64,000 bases of DNA, taken from contig JAUCBJ010000238.1 in the NCBI GenBank assembly GCA_032718475.1, forward strand, positions 41,647 through 105,646. Direction: 5' to 3'. The translations under genes and the position numbers were made by a program. Positions 48,190-60,120 of the stretch are shown one piece after another; position 1 is the stretch's first letter; each line of letters opens with the position of its first letter. The notes under the pieces were generated by a model, which made no database searches, was not told the origin of the DNA, and saw nothing but the letters and a program-made list of their open reading frames with translations. This DNA comes from Nemertoderma westbladi. Its lineage: Eukaryota; Animalia; Xenacoelomorpha.

Positions 48190-50469
48190 ATGCGTTTTTT
48201 ATCGGCACATATTTTGGATTAGGAGCCAGTGCGAAATCACGCGAAACCCGAAGTCATTAGGCAAATGGGTAGGGGTTTTAGAGCAAAGTTGAGCCAAAAG
48301 CCGACTAAACTCTAAGTCTCCTCACATCTAACCTCTGTTTGTGCTTCCTCTAGTAGAAACACTACATATACAGGGATTCACGCAGGAATAGGAGCACCAG
48401 GCGCCGTTCAACCGATATGGGGCCAAAACTTTAACGTGTTTGTAGTGGAGAGTAGGGCTAGGAGTACAGCCAAGCTCGCTAAATCCAAGGCGGATCCAAA
48501 CGTTACGCGACAGCGATTGGACGCTTATAACAAAAGAGCGGAGGAGTTACACGCGGAGTTCAAAGCGTTGTACCCCTACGATGCGTTATGCGACGCCAGC
48601 GACGTTTGCGAGGACCCGAGACACAGAGATATGATCTTTATAGACGCGCTCGAGGAGCGGATCCGGAAACTAAGGAAGCGTTCTCCATTTATAAACTGTT
48701 CTATAAATGCAGTGCCGGATTAAGCCTCTGGTGGCCCTAAGGCACATTTTAGTAATTTCCAAAAATGGCCCGAAAATTGATATTTTTTCGCAAACCCTTT
48801 CAAAAGAAAAAGCTGCTAAAAACAACTGAAATTGTGAAAATGTTGCGAAGGAAATATAAAGTATTTTCGTTGGATGACTGCGTGTAAATAAGTACTAAGT
48901 ACTATTTTGTGATAGACAAAGTGTAGCAGTTACGAAATCGGTTCTAGAAGATCCAAATGGCCATGTTTTACAAACCAATATTCACGATTGTAGCCGTAAA
49001 GATGCTAAACATTTTGTATATGTTTAATGGAAATTGAGTAAAAAATAAAAAGTAGTAGGGAATTTAGTGATGAGTCAAAAGTCAAAATCAAAGTCAAAAG
49101 TCAAAATCGACAAACTGATAAAAATGTTGTTTTATACAGAGAGGAATAAATATAAGCAATAATTATTCTGTTGTTGAAAAGTGCAGTTTTGAGGTCAAAA
49201 AATAATTCAATGTTGAAAACCGATATCACCTTTTATGAAAGCCCTTCTATCAAACCACAAAAAATTGTGTAAATTTTCAAAAATTTCATTTCTGTAGGGG
49301 TTATAGTGAGCCCCCTTAAAGCTGACTGGTCCCTGTAGGTATTTAGCAATTTTGATCGGATCTTGGAAATGTGTTATTTATTTGCTGTAGGTTTCGCAGG
49401 GTACTTATCTATACTGGACTTGCTGAGAAATATAACACACCAAAAGTGTGCGGCTTAGTGCAAAGATATAATATTTCTGATCTATATTTGGACTTGCTGA
49501 GAAAGTAATGTTCTTCGATAAGAGAAGTAAATAAATAAATGGAAATAAAAGGAAATAAATACTTTTTGTCACTAATTTTAATTTACCCAAACTCAATTGT
49601 GCTGTCCGAGAGTTTTAGGTTTTGCAGGAATTGCACCTAAAATGCCATCGAATGCAAAATTCAATACACGAGGGCATAACATCTGAATTTCGGTTAAATT
49701 AAATTACAGTAGTGACAAGAAGTTATTTCTGATACGTTTTTTTTTATCTACAACAAATTTATCCTTTTTTTTTTTATCTATTAGAGCCTATATTAATAAA
49801 ACTCGTTTCCGGTGAAAAAAATTAATTTCGCACTACCATCTTCGGGCCGTACATTAACGGCCTTTAGTTACGATGTACAGTATTTCCAGTATGCAGGCAT
49901 GGCAAAACGTCAATATTTAGTTGTTCTAGAAAGTTTTAAGTACGTAACTACAAATAATTCCCCACAAGTAAATAAAATTAAATTCTCCATTGTTCATAAT
50001 TAGCACTTTAATGTTTTATTATTTCCCTGCCATCAGGTCAGGTCATGAACTAATAACACAAGCAGCTGTCGGTCGATTGAGCTACAATTTTGCAATTTCT
50101 ACCACAAATCTAGTGATAGGAAGTAGTCGAAAGATGCACTTTTGTTCTGTTTTCTAGAAATTTTAGTGAGAAAAAATTTGGACTTTTCAGATAAAAATAA
50201 TTTTTTTCACAGGAATGACTCGCTGAGAAAAAATGGCCCGTATTTTCGTCTGGCCCTAAGGCACGTGCCTTATATGCCTTAAGGTTAATCCGGTACTGTA
50301 TAAATGTGGAGGATGTATGCGTGAGCAAGACAACGCGATTCCTATGCGCTTGAACCCGGAGAACCCCGAGCCGATATTAGCGCGTTGCCCAAACCACCAA
50401 AGTCTGCGTTACCAAGAAGGCGGTCGTTTCATTTTCCGGTATTCTAGAACCGCAGGCAACTCGACGTAG
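48190..50469 (+). pseudogene. Decayed accessory ORF downstream of Pao pol with a CxxC...CxxH motif, split by a hAT insertion
   Basis: One frame runs from ATG 48190 with stops at 48220 and 48313 and a frameshift near 48585. Joining 48588-48709 to 50307-50469 gives an open 94-aa frame. Confidence 0.6.
48710..50298. mobile_element. Non-autonomous hAT-like DNA transposon
   Basis: TIRs CAGTGCCGGATTAA and TTAATCCGGTACTG, 8-bp TSD TATAAATG (48702-48709, 50299-50306), and subterminal GGCCCTAAGGCAC at both ends. Confidence 0.93.
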
Positions 50470-51149
50470 GAGCCCTAGCTCAGCTAGACCGAAGTCACCG
50501 ATTAATCGTATAAAAGGGCGAAGGCGTAGAGAGCGAGATGATGGAGAAAGGAAGGCTTGCGAGCCTACCGTTAGCGATCAGCGCTCAGGAGACAATATCC
50601 AGACCAGTAGGACGAACTATTGAGCTCGTCAGGAGTACACTTTAAGACTTATTTGGAAGATATTAGCGTATTATGTTTATTTTATATTTGAACTGATTTA
50701 ATTTGGTGAATTTATTATGTATATTTGCAATATATGAAGATTATTGAAAGTTTGAAATTATTTGTTTTGATTTGTTTAATTTGCTTATCTTGATAACCGA
50801 AAGCTCTTTTTTTTGTATTTTATGCACTAAAGTTAATTGGTAAATTTGTATTTTGTATGTATGATAGATTGTATTTAAGCCGTACCCGCAATATTAAGTA
50901 TGCAATAAATAGATAGTGTTTATTTTATATTTTAGGCCCCACTATTAGACTTAAGAAATATTTGTAAATAGTTTATATTTCGATTGGTGAAAACAGTCTT
51001 ACTTACTGTTTTCATGGAGCGGTGATGGATTATTTCACTATAAGATAGCATTTGTAGTTTAACGTAAAAACTTTCTAAAATCCGACGCATTTTGATTAAA
51101 TTACAGTAATGTAATATGCCTATTCATATTGGTACACATAAAACCCATA

Positions 51150-51245
51150 GGTAATCTCATGGCGTAGTGGTCAGATGGTTAAGGCGTTGGTTACATTACA
51201 GATAGGTTACGAGTTCGAATCCCAATCGGGAAATTTGCATTTTGG
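51150..51245 (+). ncRNA. tRNA-derived Pol III cassette (SINE head or tRNA pseudogene)
   Basis: A-box-like TGGCGTAGTGG (51160), B-box GAGTTCGAATCCC (51211) and a T-run at 51240. No clean cloverleaf could be folded. Confidence 0.6.
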
Positions 51246-51314
51246 GGCAATTTATTTTCATTTGATTTAATTTGTTAAACCAATGAGGTGCGTACAACAC
51301 ATGGAACGATGAGT

Positions 51315-51679
51315 TGGGCCAATCATAGGGCATGGAACATCTTATTGCTCCAATGTGAGGCCATGGAATGCTCTGGAAGGTTCTAGCGGATTCTATGTCC
51401 CAGATTTAGTATAAAAAGGGCTGGTTAGCCTTCGGTTATCATTCACTTATCTTGCTCACTAATGTTAACTCTTGTTAACTTAGTATTTGTTTCTTTTGTT
51501 ATAAATCTTTAATCTGTTTGATAAATCTTTGTAAACTGTAAATATACTGTAAACTTCTGAACATGTATATTTCCAATTGTCCACCTTTGGGACAGCCAAG
51601 CATTGGGAGGATGGCTGCCTAGACCGTTAGGCCGTCAGCAACGCAGGGAAAGATGTCCACAACACGCTAAGCTCCCACA
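51315..51679 (+). promoter_or_regulatory. LTR-like promoter block (CCAAT, TATA, T-rich R/U5-like tract, ends CCCACA)
   Basis: CCAAT at about 51319 and 51350, GTATAAAAAGGG at about 51409, and CATTCACTT about 30 nt downstream. Confidence 0.45.
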
Positions 51680-53131
51680 TTAGATTTGCTCGCGCGCCCG
51701 TTCGAAGTATGCCCCCTTGCCATACAGCGCCCACGTCAGAGGAAGGTAAGACTTTGTTTGACGCCCTTGCCCGCAGTAAGACCTATAGATCAGGGTAAGC
51801 GTGACGCCGTCCTGGAGCGCCGTAAAATTTAGGATCGAATATTTTAGACTAAGACAGGAGCAAACAAGCAAAATCCTCGGATTAACCTGTATCTCCAACA
51901 GGTGTGAACTATTGCTGTTCGTCAGTACGCGCAAGTACACTTTAGGTGCAGACAGCACAATTCCATAATTTGGTGATTTGCAGTACTGACAGTTCTGTAC
52001 CGGTTCACTTTGTAGTTTATACATTTGCCCGCCCCTGTCTGAGCCCAAAATATTTGATCAGGCAAGGAGCAGCTTTCTGCTACCGGCACTTTGCTTGGCC
52101 TAGGGAGGTTACTAATATCCTACCGCGCCTTGCCACGTACTGATAGGTATTTGCTGCTAACCACCGCAGCAATAAAATTCTAGAATCAAATTGTATACCA
52201 GATCAGCTAACGTACGGTAGCAATTAACACCTATTTCTTATCTTACAACCAGAATCTGGTATTTGTGCCGATCACGGGTGTAGTTACCAACACCGTAATT
52301 GCCCGGTTGAGTTGTGGATAGGAAGGAGAGAGCTTTGACGCCATTTTGTAAGTATAAAGCCCTACAGAGCGCGACTAGCTTATTTTAGTAGCTAGCGCCC
52401 GGTATTGTTTTTGGTCAGAAATCACCGAAACCTAGTACAACGGCGATACACCAAAATTGTTTTATTCGTAACACAAACACACACACATGTCCTAAAACAT
52501 ATATACCCCCCTTCGAGACCTGCCAGCTATTAGTTTACTTTAGATTACTTTAGGCAGAATTTATCTGTAATTTACTATTCGTAGTTTGTAAATTTAGGAT
52601 CTGATATTTAGTTTTACGGCAAGTATTTTAGATGGCATGCACCCTTTTGACTGCATTGCTCCTGTCAGCAGTATTGTTACTTTAGGTACTACCCCCTTTT
52701 GACTGCTACCGCTTGTTAGTAGTATTGTTACGCTAGTCTGTTAATCCACTAGCTCGTATATAAACCATATAAATCACACCGCGGCAAGTTACGGTATTTA
52801 GGTCTGTCAGCGATAGTTAGGATTCGCTGCGCGGGGATTGTTTTCCCGTGAGTTTGGTCTGTCACTGTAACTGTACATCTGCCTCACCGGTTAGAGGACA
52901 GGTTTCCTTTTGTCTAGTTCGTAGGCATTAGACCCGCTCACGTACGTAGAATAGACACTAGGCTCTGTTCCTCGCCAGTAGTTGTTCGCGTATTTGTATC
53001 TGTTTGTTTAGATACCCTGGACTGGGATTTGTTGTCAGATACTGTACGAGCCCGTATACACTACTGGATCTTACGGTAAGATACATCGTTACTAGGATCC
53101 GGTAGACGGCATACTACTGGACTTTTCACGT

Positions 53132-54354
53132 AGGGAAAAAATGAAAAAAACAAGTAACCAGCACTTTTCAGTTAGAACACAAAATTTTTAATTCACTTAT
53201 ACGATGCTATAAATTCACATTTTAAGGTTTTTTAGGGCGCTGATTCTAATGGAATACATTTCAAATATGCCAGATCATTGCTACGTGTATTTTTCGGCGT
53301 AATTTGGCAAATTTTGGTGCTAGCACCAAACTTCGTACCCATCACCAAAAAGTACAAGTTTGCGATGTCCAGTGCTGTTTTTATTGATTCCATCGGATTC
53401 AGGACCCTCATAAACCCGCATAATACAAGAAACAAGATGATACTATCTACTGATCAATTTACTCATTTTCCAAAATTTGGTGCTGGAGCAACAATTTTCA
53501 CCCACCGGCGAAAAATACAAGTTTGAAAACTCTTATGAAATTTTTACTGATTCCATTGAATTCAGAACCCTAACAAACTCGTATAACGCAAGAAACAAGA
53601 TGACACAATCAATTGATATATTTGATGGTTTTCAAAATTTGGTTCTAGCACCACATTTTGCACCCACTTCCGAAAAATATAAGTTTGAGATGTCTAGTTC
53701 GATAATTATATATTCCATTGAATTCAGAACACCCATAAACCTCTAAAATGCAAGAAATAAATTGTCACAAGCAATTTTATCTATTGAATGGATTTTCAAA
53801 ATTTCGTGCTAGCACCAAAATTTGCACACAGCACCGAAAAATACAAGTTTGATACGCTTGGTGCAACTCGTATATATTTCATCGAAACCAGAACCCTAAA
53901 AAACCCCAATTGCGTAAAAAACAAGTTTCAAACAATCAATTTACAAAATTGACATATTTCAAAATTTGGTGCTGGCACCAAAATTTGGCAACCGCCGAAA
54001 AAAACAAGTTTGAAATTTCTAAATCAATTTATATGAATTCCATCCAATTGCTAACACCAAAAAACCGGTGTAAATCAAAAATAGAGATGTTACAATTAAT
54101 ATTTAATGAAATGTAATTTTCAAAAAACGTCTCAAAAAAAGTGCCAAAAGTAGGGTTAAAAAATGGTGCTATAACTCGAAAACTACCCAATATTTTTGAA
54201 AACGGTTTTCACTACTAGGAAGACAATAGATTTTTAGGAAAAGTCATAATATTTCAGATTCCCAAATGCGTTTGTTTCAGAATTATAATAAAAAAACCAC
54301 GGGGGGGGGGGGGGGGTCATATTGACCCCCCCCCCCCGGGTTTAATATGGTTAA
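53132..54354. mobile_element. AT-rich DNA-transposon fragment with a piggyBac-like right end, carrying about five diverged 162-bp tandem units
   Basis: CAAAATTTGGTGCTAGCACC-like anchors at about 53308, 53471, 53633, 53797 and 53960. It ends GnTCATATTGACn...TATGG-TTAA. The left terminus was not found. Confidence 0.6.
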
Positions 54355-55057
54355 TTAATAGATCATGGGAGCGGAGATTCACCCTATTAAGTATATCAGT
54401 GTGAGAGAATCTCCAGTGTATAGTCAATAGCCGATAAAATTCATAAAATCATGTATAAGGGGAATATTGACAATTAAAAGTCACTATTAAATAGCATCCC
54501 AGATCTGTATGCATGAGAAATACCCTAATTCTACCGCTAGCTTTGCATAATGTCACCATAGTAACAACCACGCTAGAATTAGAAGTGAGTTAAAAGAACA
54601 ATAGAAAGCTTGGTGCCCCATTGAATAGGATGCGGAATAAATAGCACCTTGCTAGTATCTAGGGATACATAATAATAACGTGGCATTCTGGAAGGCATTT
54701 GACTAACGGACAAATGGCCCTAATTTGTACAAATTGTGGCAGGAATGTGGAATTTGTGTATTTATAGGTGAATGTTACTACTAAAGTGTGTTTACAGTAG
54801 CGAGTCGCAGTTGTGAAAATTACCCTGCATCTGTAGCAAGTACATCCAGTATACTCAAGCCCTTGGGACGGACAGTGGAGTGACTCATGCTGGTTATTGT
54901 TGTCGCTGTGTAGCTACTACGTTGACGAGAGGCACAGCGACGACAGTACATCAGCGCTGAGGATCTCAGGGCTGTCCGGGGGCATAGAGGGGAAGGCAGC
55001 GACGCCCACTAGCCTTATTATTATTCACTATAATATCGATAAACTCATGTAGCAGCT

Positions 55058-57064
55058 ATGACTGAGTTGATAGAAGATGATCTTGGTATCAGGGAGCGAT
55101 TTACCCTACCACTGCAAGTGTTTGTTGATAGTTTGATAAGCGGCGACGCAAGTCAACACACGACGGAAGACAATGGCCATTACATCGAACTGAAAATGTC
55201 AAAGGAACAGCTCAAGCGTGAATTGGACTATAGAAAATTCACCGCTCGCTATACGCATCGTAATGGTACGTATATGGACTTGTTAACTACTGGTCATCCT
55301 ATCGATTTACACGATGCGGACGATGTAGACACCGAAAGGGAAATGATTCTATTTAAATATCATGCCCAGCAAAGTCGGAATGATAAACTGAGGATTGAAC
55401 ATGAAAATTCTATTAGAAACCGACTCGGAAGAGAAGATGTTGAAGAACCGGAAAAACGTAGTGACTTCAACGAATATTTAGAATTCTTGAGAGAAACTTA
55501 TCTCAATGTAGCTAGTCAACAAAATCTAGAAACTCGATATCCTCAAGGTATACATCATAACCCTATGATAGAACTCAAACGACTCTATTTTACTATGATG
55601 TATCTTACCGCCGATCGACCGCTACCTGTTGTACCGGATAGCTTCGAACAGATGGAGGAATATTGTAAAACTGGAGAAAGATCACCAGCGTTTCCCTTAC
55701 AAGACGTGCGTCTTTGGTATTACTGCGATGAATGCCCTAGACCCAATCAACAAACGGAAAGACATAAACATCCGCGGAGACGTTGCGCTAAACACAGTTT
55801 TACTCGCTATACTTATGGGAGTTTTGAGCGAAACTTGTTCGACATATCACCTACACTCGCTCAACTCAAACGATCCTTAAATAAACCAATGACCAGAGTT
55901 CCGGAATACTCGGTCAGACCTCCTCATTCCCTGGTGCGACCTCAGACTCTTGATCCTAATAGTATGACGGATCCTCCTGAGTTGTACTCATTGTTCAAAG
56001 ATCTAGTGTTACCCGAACAATTAGTCGGTGGCACTCCAGTTGTGGGCTCTCTAGATATTCGCCCATCCTACCTAGCCGGATTGGGACGCGGACATCTAAT
56101 ATCTCCGTTCAACCCGTATAATCGTCCCAGTTTAACTCCGATACAACCTGTCACCGAGGTGGAGGACAGCGTTGTATTAAATGCGCTAGACGCTATTCGA
56201 CAAAAGATCGGAAAGGGAACCTACAGTTGTTTAGACAAACGTAAATTGCAACAACAAGTCCAAGCGGTAAAGGAATTAGCTTTACCCCAGTTCGATCGTG
56301 AAATCCAGAATCTTGTGGAAGATATCGAACTTGGACGAACTTACTCTCTACAAGAGTTCTTGGATGAACGCTTTCAAAGACAAGCAGAGGAGAATCAGCT
56401 CGAGGAGAAGCATATCGAAATGGATGATAGAGAAGAAGCAGCTTTAGACCAATTGGAAGCTCAAATCCTTATGACTGATCTCTATTCCAAAACCATCATT
56501 CATCCTTCGATGGTTCCCCATTTCGGAGATAAACTCTTCGCTACAGCACAACCCCAACCGGTTGATATCAACTTAAGATCTAGAGATCTTATCGCTGACG
56601 CTCCTATGTTACAACGTCCGCCAATCGAGACTGCTCGTGTCGACGCTATACTCGTTGAACCTCCGGACAATCGAGCGGATCTTATCCGTCGTATGGTACA
56701 CAAGGTCAACCTACGCGCTAGACCTTTACCGAACTCATTTTACGGGATCAAAGATCACCCTTATTATGTCCATTTAACTCAATATTATATGGTGAAACTG
56801 GAAGATCCTACACACAGTTTTAAGTTTCTACCATTGATAAATCCCCTCGATCTTGTTGAACTCGAGCAACTACAGAAACATTTAGATCAATTGGTTAAAG
56901 TAAACTCATTCAGAAAACCTTATAATGTTTCAAGAATAGAAAAGGACATAATACCTCCGTATAATCTCGATGGATTCATTAAAACTCGATTAGTCCATTG
57001 GAATTTATATGTATTGTTTGAGAAAGAAAGAATACGGCGACTTGTTCATAAACTCGCATCCTGA
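55058..57064 (+). CDS. 668-aa orphan ORF, probably retroelement-associated, with a CxxC-x16-CxxH motif and an acidic coiled-coil-like region
   Basis: A long intronless ATG ORF containing RLWYYCDECPR...RRCAKHSFTRYTYG. It has no signal peptide or TM segment. It probably extended further through a frameshift near 57025 and a TGA at 57240. Confidence 0.7.
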   Translation: MTELIEDDLGIRERFTLPLQVFVDSLISGDASQHTTEDNGHYIELKMSKEQLKRELDYRKFTARYTHRNGTYMDLLTTGHPIDLHDADDVDTEREMILFKYHAQQSRNDKLRIEHENSIRNRLGREDVEEPEKRSDFNEYLEFLRETYLNVASQQNLETRYPQGIHHNPMIELKRLYFTMMYLTADRPLPVVPDSFEQMEEYCKTGERSPAFPLQDVRLWYYCDECPRPNQQTERHKHPRRRCAKHSFTRYTYGSFERNLFDISPTLAQLKRSLNKPMTRVPEYSVRPPHSLVRPQTLDPNSMTDPPELYSLFKDLVLPEQLVGGTPVVGSLDIRPSYLAGLGRGHLISPFNPYNRPSLTPIQPVTEVEDSVVLNALDAIRQKIGKGTYSCLDKRKLQQQVQAVKELALPQFDREIQNLVEDIELGRTYSLQEFLDERFQRQAEENQLEEKHIEMDDREEAALDQLEAQILMTDLYSKTIIHPSMVPHFGDKLFATAQPQPVDINLRSRDLIADAPMLQRPPIETARVDAILVEPPDNRADLIRRMVHKVNLRARPLPNSFYGIKDHPYYVHLTQYYMVKLEDPTHSFKFLPLINPLDLVELEQLQKHLDQLVKVNSFRKPYNVSRIEKDIIPPYNLDGFIKTRLVHWNLYVLFEKERIRRLVHKLAS

Positions 57065-58962
57065 GTTACAAGAAGTTCATAGACAACCATATGAATATAA
57101 AACCAGAGAACGCGAATTAGAGAGAACAATCAAACCGAGGAAATTTCTCACTACACACGGTCAACCTACCGCTATCGTGCAAATGACCCATCAGGGACCA
57201 GTAAGAGCTGCTGTCCTGAAACGCGCTCTAAAGGTTGTTTGACCTCGTTCCACCGATGTTGATATCGATCAACTGGGTACCTCGACTGGCGGATACACCG
57301 ACTGTAATCCGAAACCTTCGGATGCAATCGTATTGCACCCCTCACCCAGGAGTTATAGCCCTCCTAGTAAAGTGGCTCGCCCCAAAGAGAAAAAGACTCT
57401 TACTAGTCTAAAAAACTTCGTAAATGCCGTTCACAAAAGAAGGACTAATAGTTTAGAATATTTTTGTATTTTAGAAACTGTGATTTTTTATATTTTATAT
57501 AATAAACTTATAACTTCCGCAATAACTTCCTCTGGAACCCGAATCCAGTCTCCCACACCGTGGGTCATACGCCGCGCACGGACTGGCTTTGGCGGATGTA
57601 AATCAGTACACCAGATAATTGGTACGGGCAAAAGTCGATTCATAATTAAAAAGACATTTAAATTGGCAGGTTAAACTGCTAAAGGTCTAAAAGCGCGAAC
57701 ACTCTGGCACGATAAGCTCCTAAAACGGCTTTGTATCTCTAAAGTTTCAAAAAAGTGCTTTCACTTTTTTACTGATTTGGTTTCTCGGTATCAAGATAAA
57801 CTAGCTCGTAATAATACACGCGGTCCTTCAATGACTTGTTATTTACGGACATCCACAACCCTTTTCTAGACAGTGCAAAATACAGTGATTTCTGCTCTTT
57901 CCAGGTGTTATATTGCTTCCTTCTGATATAATAATAGTGAACTCTACGTAACACCATAGAAAAACATATGGGAAGAGGGAAAAAGAGAAACTGGGTGAGG
58001 GGTGCTTTTGGTCCGTTAGGATCCAAAGTATAGCCTCGAAAAATAATAAAATCCTAAATAATTTGTATCCAAAATATACAGAAAATACAGTATTTTAGTC
58101 GTTTCATTAGGGTAAAATACTCTGAAAAGTTATAATAAAGACAGTCTAAAATAGTGGATTTTAGTCATAAAAAGTGTATGGAAAAAGTCGTGAAAAGTCG
58201 TAATAAACTTGGTGCAGCTTCACGCTTTGGGAACTTGGCAATAGTACATACACCAGGTAACCGTCTGGGTCCAAATGGTGGTGGAACCGATTGGATACAA
58301 ACGGTTGGCTACTTCTTTGTCCTACGACTTACAGGATTGACCTCTAAGTCTATGGGCAAAGTGCGTAAGCACTACCATAATTCAACAGAGTTAAGCCCGG
58401 GAGATTGCTGCTAGTATGTCCTCAAAATTAAACCATTGATCCTGGGACGAACGGAGTAGCAAGTGGGCAGAGTGTGCTAGCGCTCTAGAGCTGGTCGGCT
58501 AAAGCTATGTCCTCAGTGGGAGCCTTACCTGCGAGCCCAAATACCAAGTAACCTCTGCAGCGAGGAACAAGGTAATGGATCAAAGTAGGTCCGATACCGA
58601 AGAGCAGAGCCTAGATTAGCTGCCGAGGCTGCCATTTACTAAGGCCTGTCCTTACTGACTTGGTTTTCCATCCAAATGTGTGTGGTCAATGTGTTAGGGG
58701 TCAATGTGAAGTTGACCCCTAATTATCACCTAATCATAATTTGTCTTCCCTATGCAATGATTTACGTTGAACAGATGTAAAATGTGATTAATATAGGTTT
58801 GATAAACTGACTAATAACCGGTTACTACCAATGATAATTCATAGAGTTTTATTAGTTACAAAATATTCCCTTGTTAATGACTGGGAGGGTTTGATGCAAT
58901 AAGGAAGAAGGGAATGTCTGTATAGTGGGGGCTCTAATGAGTAGGAAGGAGGTGGGGGGGCT

Positions 58963-60120
58963 TGTGTGTTTGTATAGGGCACTCCCTTATTGGACGGCAG
59001 TAGATTACAGCGAAGCTAGCTGTGAGCGGATTCAATTCCGTGCATTACCCATCCAAAATGGGACTAATGGTATTTTACCAATATAATTGGCTACTACTAC
59101 TAGGATCGGCATGCTGCATTGCAGCTGCATTTTTAAGAATGCTGTGCCGGCTTGTCAACAAAATTGCACCGCCACAACTCCCTATCACCCATGACATTTG
59201 CTAGATCATCCGCATCTTTAAGGCCAGTGTCCTTTAAGATGCGTCTCAAGAAAGTCATGGGCTGTCCACCATGCTTATTCACTCCATGAGGCTGCCAAAG
59301 TACAAGATTATGCACTGGCTGGTCCTCACGGCGAAAGCAATGTCCTGCAAAGCGGAGGCGATTTTGTTCTAGTGTCAAGCTTGGGGGAACCAATGAGACA
59401 CCTCCAATGTTATATAGTGTCTGGTTGGAGATGTGTGCATTGTACTTGACACAATGTACCCGGCGTAGCATTCTTGTGAATATAATTGGCGATGTGAGAT
59501 TACCAATAATAATCTCACCTCATAACCAACTGGGGGGGGGGGGGGGGGGAGTGATACACGCCATAAGCCACAGAGAGAGGTGAGAGGTCAAACCACCTCA
59601 GAGGGAGAAACCAGCTAGTGAGGCTAGCACCACGGGGTAACACCAACAGGGAGTGGCGAAGTGACAATTAGTATATTAGCCAATAGCGGGCAGGAAAGCA
59701 CATTGGGGAGGACAAGAGCGCATCCATTGGGTATTAAAGGCCCCCCAGTAGTGTAGGGCTAACACCAATATGTGTCAATGATATAACTCTTGTAATCACT
59801 GATTATTAGTTAGTTGAGTAAGTTGATTCCCTTACGGTTGTGAGACTGGAATAGTTTTTGACCGTCTTCGTTATTAGATCGTTACTACATCATTGTTACT
59901 GTTACTGTGCATTGCATAATATTCAATGCATATATGAATTACATTCAGACTGTGCTATTATCAACTGCTGTGATTATCAACACTGATAATTTAACTCTTT
60001 GTTTTCAACGGCCTTCGGCCTAACGTATCCAGCAGTCAGCCAGCAGCTTACGAACGCGACGACGCGTACAATCTACACCGGTCGGGAGCTGATACTGCCA
60101 ACTCCGTCAGTCCCGTCACA
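58963..60120 (+). mobile_element. Candidate 3' LTR (TGTG...CACA) preceded by a polypurine tract
   Basis: AGGAAGGAGGTGGGGGGG-CT-TGTGTG at 58943-58968, TATA-like GTATTAAAGG at about 59730, end CCCGTCACA. No partner LTR is present in the window. Confidence 0.4.
59092..59478 (-). mobile_element. 5'-truncated RTE-like LINE with (TAG)n tail and 12-bp TSD
   Basis: TSD AATATAATTGGC at 59080-59091 and 59479-59490. The sequence is nearly identical to 21291-21686. Confidence 0.95.

Noticed and set aside
51150-51235. Functional tRNA gene
   Set aside because: The acceptor and anticodon stems could not be paired convincingly; it is kept only as tRNA-derived.
55058-57064. env or gag assignment for the 668-aa ORF
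   Set aside because: It has no signal peptide, TM helix or fusion-protein Cys pattern, and no CX2CX3-4HX4C gag knuckles.
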